Assembly (NCBI RefSeq): GCF_009914755.1
Contig: NC_060927.1
Strand: one strand, 5' to 3'
Source: the human T2T-CHM13v2.0 reference genome, Homo sapiens
DNA: 64,000 nt
Below are positions 58,399-64,000 of the stretch, piece after piece. The notes under the pieces are model-generated. The model searched no databases. It saw only the letters and a program-made list of their open reading frames with translations, and was not told where the DNA came from. The translations under genes were made by a program, and so were the position numbers. Within the stretch, counting starts at the first letter, position 1, and each line of letters begins with the position of its first letter.

Positions 58399-61300
58399 TC
58401 CTCCTCATTTTTGTAGACATATCAAGTCTGGCCTCCTTCAGGAAGCCTTCCCTAACTAACTAATCAAGCTCCCCGTGTTTCTTTCCTTTAGGATCTATTT
58501 TTTGGATGTGTATGGTTTAATATACCCTTAAGAATAATGCGTTTGGAATTGTAATTGAGAAGACAAGGTTTACGTTAGCAGATTATAGTCTAACTCTGAT
58601 TTTTAGAAAAGTGATATAGAATAGAGACTTAAAAAAAATGACATTCTCACATAGGTTTTGGATATTTGGAGATAGGAGGAAAAACATGTCTTTAAACCAC
58701 ACAATGGGAAGTGAAGTGTTTGCAACAACCAGAACATTTAGGTTATAAAGTGTCAGAGCAGATAATTTAGGCTAAAAGAAACAAAGTTAAATGATTTGGT
58801 GGGGGCTTGATTTCTCTGGATTGACCCCCCTGGACTATTGGCTGTTTCCTTCACTTCCAGACTGTCTGGTAAGATTTTTCTACAGAGGTACCTTCTTATT
58901 AATGAATTCTTCCCATCACACCCACTCTGTTTGAATTTCTGAATTACCTTCTCCTTTTGGTTTCTGTATCTCAACTTTCTTCTTATTGAGTCTTCTCTGA
59001 CAGTTTCTTTGAGGGTATTGCTATCAGAGTCAGACATGCCCATGACAAGATTCCAGGCTGTGTAATCTTGAGCAAATCAATCTTGCTGGTCTACTTTTTT
59101 TCTTAAAAGAACAAGGAAGCTTGCCTTGCAGGGTGGTTAGAATTTGAGACAATGTATGTTGCATGCCCAGCAGGTGGCAGGTAGCTAATAACAGGTGTGT
59201 GCTTGCTCTACACCAGGGATCCCCTCGGTCTTTGGTCTTTGCATATCATAGATACTCAGTAAGCGCTCTCCCAAAGGATTACTGACTTAACAGGTAGGGT
59301 AATGTTTATAGCCAAGGGGAGGTGAGTGTCATCAGGCCCAGGTTTGTATGCCTATTTCTACTGAATTGTCGCAAAGTTATGTTTCATCCTATTTACCAAG
59401 TTGTATTTACAGAAGACTAGTCCTGTTATAACAAAGCCCATTGAAACAACACCCAGGAAGTAGACCACAAGAAGTCAGTGGGTATCTTACTCTGTGTCCT
59501 GCAGGGGGATCTGGAAATGAATAAGGGAGAGAGAAAATGTGGAGTGCAGAGGATGCTGCCTGGAGGTGAGACTTTAACCACATGATTATTCTCAGTTATG
59601 GAGCAATGGCTTTGTTCCAGGCATTGTCTCCAATAGTCACAATCACACCATAGGGCTGATGTTTTTTCTATCCCACTGAGGTGTAAACAGAGGCCCCAAG
59701 AGGTTGCATCTGGAGGTGCGTGAGCAAAATTTGGAGAGAAGTACCAAGTGGGCACTTCACAACAGGTGAAGAGAATGAAGAGATGGATAAAGATAAGTGT
59801 TAAGCACTTTTTGGTGGTACTGGAACTTTATCATGTCTCTTGATTTTTAAGAAAAGTGGCCTATTGACTAGAATTTGAGACTTTCATTATATTGTTCAGT
59901 TGGCTTTTGCATGTATATTGCTTTTATGTTTTTGATGCGTTTTTTCAAAACCCTTTAAATTAGTTGGATTTTATGTTGTTCTTAAGTTTGATGAGGTAGA
60001 CACTTTTTTAGCTGGGAGGAATAGAGAGGCAGTGAGTGTGTTAACAGAACACAGCAACCTCAGACTCCAGCCCCCGCTCTCCTTTTATCCAGCGGTGTGA
60101 CGTTGAGCCTGATGCATGACATCTTGGCAGCAGAGGTGCTGGTGCTCTGTCAGGCTCCGGGACCCCTGACTGAACATGCCTAGGGTCATGAGGAGGTTTT
60201 TGTTCCTGTAACATTGGCCACAACTGCACAGCCAGTGGGTGAGGATGCTGAGATACAAACTGAGAATTTTGCACTTCGACCTAGGCTCTTTGCTAGATCA
60301 AACTTCTTTTGATGTCTTAGCCATGATCCCTCTGAGATATCTCTCTCCAAGTTATTAATATATCTGTGTTTCCCATCATGTTTCCCCTTTTGTCTTGGCT
60401 TCAAAGAAGCTCAGAGCTAAATTTATTGCTTGATTATAGTTGCTGGATTGGCCAAGGTTTAAAATTTATGTTTTTAACTTTTTTATGTGATTCCCTCCCC
60501 ATTTTCATTTTGATAGTCTTATTGTTTATTGTATATCACCTTAAATACTTTGAGAAGTAGATCGGGTCTACGTTTAAAAATCGCGTATGTGGGAGGAGAG
60601 GGCCATTCGGCAAATGGGAAAGAGATTGGGGTGACTTTGGCCAAAAAAGTTTGGGATAGATTTTTGTATTCTCTTGTATTATGTTATTCCCTATCAGATG
60701 GTCTTTGCAGCTCATTTTTCTGTCTTCTTCTGTGTGGTCAGAATCAGGGGAGAGTTTTTCTTTATAAAAATGATTTGTTTTCCTGATAGAACAGTGCTGG
60801 TGGGTAACATTCAGTTCTGACCTTGTAGGCAGACCTGGGATTCCCAGAGGGTGCAGGGACCGCAGCACTCACTCTTCTTTGTGACAGGCCTGAGGCAGCT
60901 TCCCTGGGGTCCCCAGCCTGCCTCCTCCACGGCTGCTATGGCCGTGGGCGCTGAGCACGTGCAGCTGCTGCCTGATGCTCCTGGACAGGGAAGGATAGAT
61001 TTTGGGCATAGTTACTAGGTGTCACTGTCTCCTTTTTTCAGCCTGGCTTTTACAAGTAGTTGTAATTTACTTGACAAACACTTATTTGGCATTTCCTTCA
61101 ATACGCTGGGTACTGAGATGGTTACTGCATTTTTAGGCATTTAACGGGGATAATAGCATCATCGTTAATAATTACAAATATGATCGATCCATCATATAGG
61201 CAATACATTTCAGAAGAATATTATTAAAAAGACTCATAGTAGTGGGTGTATGCAGCTGTAGTAGAGGAGCTGAAGCCACTGAGTTACCCCGGGGTTCAAG

Positions 61301-63805
61301 ATGGGGAGCAGCATTCCCATCTGTAGGTTGTGTTCTTGAGTGGGAAGGCCTCCTTGGATACCTCTCGACAGTAATTCCAGGTACTTGAGCTCACAAAGAA
61401 AGTGTCTGGGGCCCTCAGCCCTTTGGTGTGGCTCCCAGGGACGCCTGAGTTATTTCCAGAAGTGGCGTGGTGGGTAGAGTGTGAGGGCAGGCCTCGCCTC
61501 CCTGCCCCTCTCCCCTGTGTGGCTTTTCCTTTCTGTAATTCAACTGATTGCTTTTCCTTCCAAATTGCTGGCTTAAGCTTTATCTTATCTAATTTTATCT
61601 CCTCCAGCCTTGTACGTCCAGAGCATCATTAGGGCCTGTGCCCATTCTGTCCCTCCCACTTCTCTTGGTCTCCCTCCACGTCCTGAGGGGATAGAAAGAC
61701 GGAGTCTGCATAACCTCCGCATCTTCCTGCCTGGGAGGGCGGCTAGGGTGGTGCCTGCAGCCTCTGGAACCTCTCCATTCTGTGTGCCCCTCAACCTCAT
61801 GGACATACTGGCGTTTCAGGACCTGGCCCTGCTTTCTCTGTCCCCGTCTCTCTCTGCCCACTGGTTTCTGTGACCCACGCCCTTCCCACCCCATTCTGCC
61901 CCTTTTCCTCACTTGCTTTTCTTACCTTCTGTCACATTCACATGCTCACTATTTCTTTTTACTCCAAGCATCTGTTCCTCTAAATCATGAACTGTAGTTG
62001 GCATAATTAAATATGTAATGTGTTTATTTTAATATCAATATGTCTTTTCATACACATATTAGTAAGAGACTTGGCTGTCAGCGCCGGGCCAGATCACCAT
62101 TTGCAGATGTCCACTCACGCCAGCTCCCCCACGGAACGTTTCTTATGCACCTCATCAGTTCTCTTTCTCCTTGTCTCTCTTTCTGTCTCTGTGTCTCTTT
62201 GTTCTGTGTACATCTCTCTGTATGTCCCTGGCTTCCTCTCTAACACAAATTGCTCCAATAGGCCGGCACCTTTTCCTCTCCGTAAACCCCAGTTTGTAGG
62301 TACACACAGGCACCCAGGCAAGGGTAGAGAAACCAAAGAGCGCTTGTTCACACTTGCTCACACAAGGACCAGCAGAGACCTAGAGCTGCATGCCACGTCT
62401 TTATTATCCTTGCTGCTAGCTCCTCTGGTACAGCAGCACTGTGACAGTTTGGAATTTGAGCCTGGGCACTCTCCCCTGAGTGCATCGGTGACGTAAAGGC
62501 AGGCAGGCAGGAGCAATCACAGCCTCCCGTCGCCTGTGTGTCCCAAGTGAGCCCCCTCCCCAAAGGGATGTAGGGAAGCCAGTCCATCTGCAAGGTATCT
62601 GGAGTGGAGTGACAGGAAGCAGAGGATCCAGTATTATTGGAATAGATTACATGGTATGTGCTTGTCACTTCCGTTTAAAGGTAAATACAAATCTGTCTTT
62701 GGCTTAGAATTCTAGCCTCCTGACCTGGGGGGTGAATATTGACTGGCAGGCTTTACCTCCCATGTAGAAAAGAGTTGCGTGCCAGGGTTATAAATTAGAG
62801 CTCTGCATTGGATGGATCTTCTTAATGTTTTCTGTGGAGTGGAATTAGAACATGTTGTTTCTTTTGAGGTTGCAAAAAGCAAACAAGGATCCCTTTCCTC
62901 CCAGACTAGTGGGAAGTAGACTAATTACTTGAAATCCTGTTTTATCAGCCATAAAACTGAGATGAAAGCTGGGGCAGTTATGAAGATCCTGATATATCCT
63001 AGACCACAAATTTCTATTCCTTTTCTGGAAGAGAAAAACTGCATTTTAGGTTTAGATAATTTGGTCAAATTTTTTAGGCTATCAAATGCAAAGATTAAGT
63101 TTCTAGAGTCTTGAATTTTAGCACAGAGATAGCATCACTTAACCTTCCCGAGTGAAAATTCCTGCCTTCTAGGTGGTGGGGAAGATCAAACGAGCTGTGG
63201 ATGCCAGCATACTTAATATGTGTTCAGTAGATATTAGTGACAGATTCAGTGGATATGACGGCTGAAGGCCTGGGTGGCTCTTCTGGGCTTGTTGGTTGGT
63301 TTCATTATAATGTATATGGTTGGACCTAAGATAACCCATGTTTGTGCTTCTGTGGACACTGGTGCTTTCAGGGTCTTAACTATATTGTTTTCATGGAAAC
63401 TTTGAAAGGACTCATGGCTCCAAAAGGGGCTGAAAAGTTTTGAATTTCCTTTTTTCTTTCTTTGCAAAAGATTTTACAGCTTAAGTCATGTAATTAATAA
63501 CAGGGGAGGTTAAGAGTCAAAGATTTTTCTCTTACCCTGGTCATTTTCGAAGCTGCACTTGGCATGGGTTGAAGCAAATTTGTGTCTTCTTGACCATTTA
63601 CTTTTTTTTTTAACTGAGAAAATAGATTCTATCTCTAATGAAGTAATTGTAAACAGCCTTGTTAACATATGGTACTGATTTTTTCACAGAAGCATTGTTG
63701 AAATGCATGGGAACTACCAGGTTAAAAGACATAAAAATAGACAATCTATATAGTCCAGATGGTATCTCCAAACTAGGGGATCCAAGTGGCATGAGAAACT
63801 GTCTA

Positions 63806-64000
63806 GAGCAGGAGTGGCAAACACGGCCCCCGGGCCAACACGGCCTTATGCCTCTTTTTGTATGGCCTGTGAACTAAGAATGGTGTTTTACATTTTTTAA
63901 TGTTTGAACAAATAGCTGAAGAATAGTAATATCTTGTGACATATAAAAATGGTACAAAATTCACATTTCAGTTACCATAAGTAAAGTTTTATTGGAACAC
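63806..64000. mobile_element. MER58B-like MITE (runs off the window)
   Basis: caggagtggcaaac...tttttgtatggcctgtgaactaagaatgg...taaagttttattggaacac. Confidence 0.75.

Overview
Human (primate) genomic DNA covering the 5' end of CACNA1D (Cav1.3 L-type Ca2+ channel alpha-1D) on the + strand. About 21 kb of repeat-rich upstream DNA (5' end of an L1PA, an RPS25 processed pseudogene with target-site duplication, Alu/MIR/L2/MER5/Charlie1/MADE1) leads into a CpG-island promoter. Coding exons 1-3 follow (22436-22502, 24421-24730, 28884-28989; 161 codons), with a minor-spliceosome (U12, GT-AG) intron 2, then the first ~35 kb of the very long intron 3. No prokaryote-style system is present, and nearly all ORF-track entries are spurious. 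The most noteworthy observations are: (1) the start codon and (ATG)7 poly-Met leader appear to be the 3' tail of a LINE-2/MIR retroposon; (2) a textbook recursive-splice motif (branch point-polypyrimidine-TAG|GTGAGT) with a stop-containing RS-exon at 36785/36786, plus further AG|GT motifs in intron 3; (3) a candidate Alu poison exon behind a ~250-nt AG-free pyrimidine tract; (4) a uORF-loaded 5' leader containing a perfect AU hairpin; (5) a ~110-bp promoter-proximal duplication; (6) a 34-bp perfectly palindromic mini-MADE1. Repeat family names come from recalled consensus sequences, and repeat boundaries are approximate.
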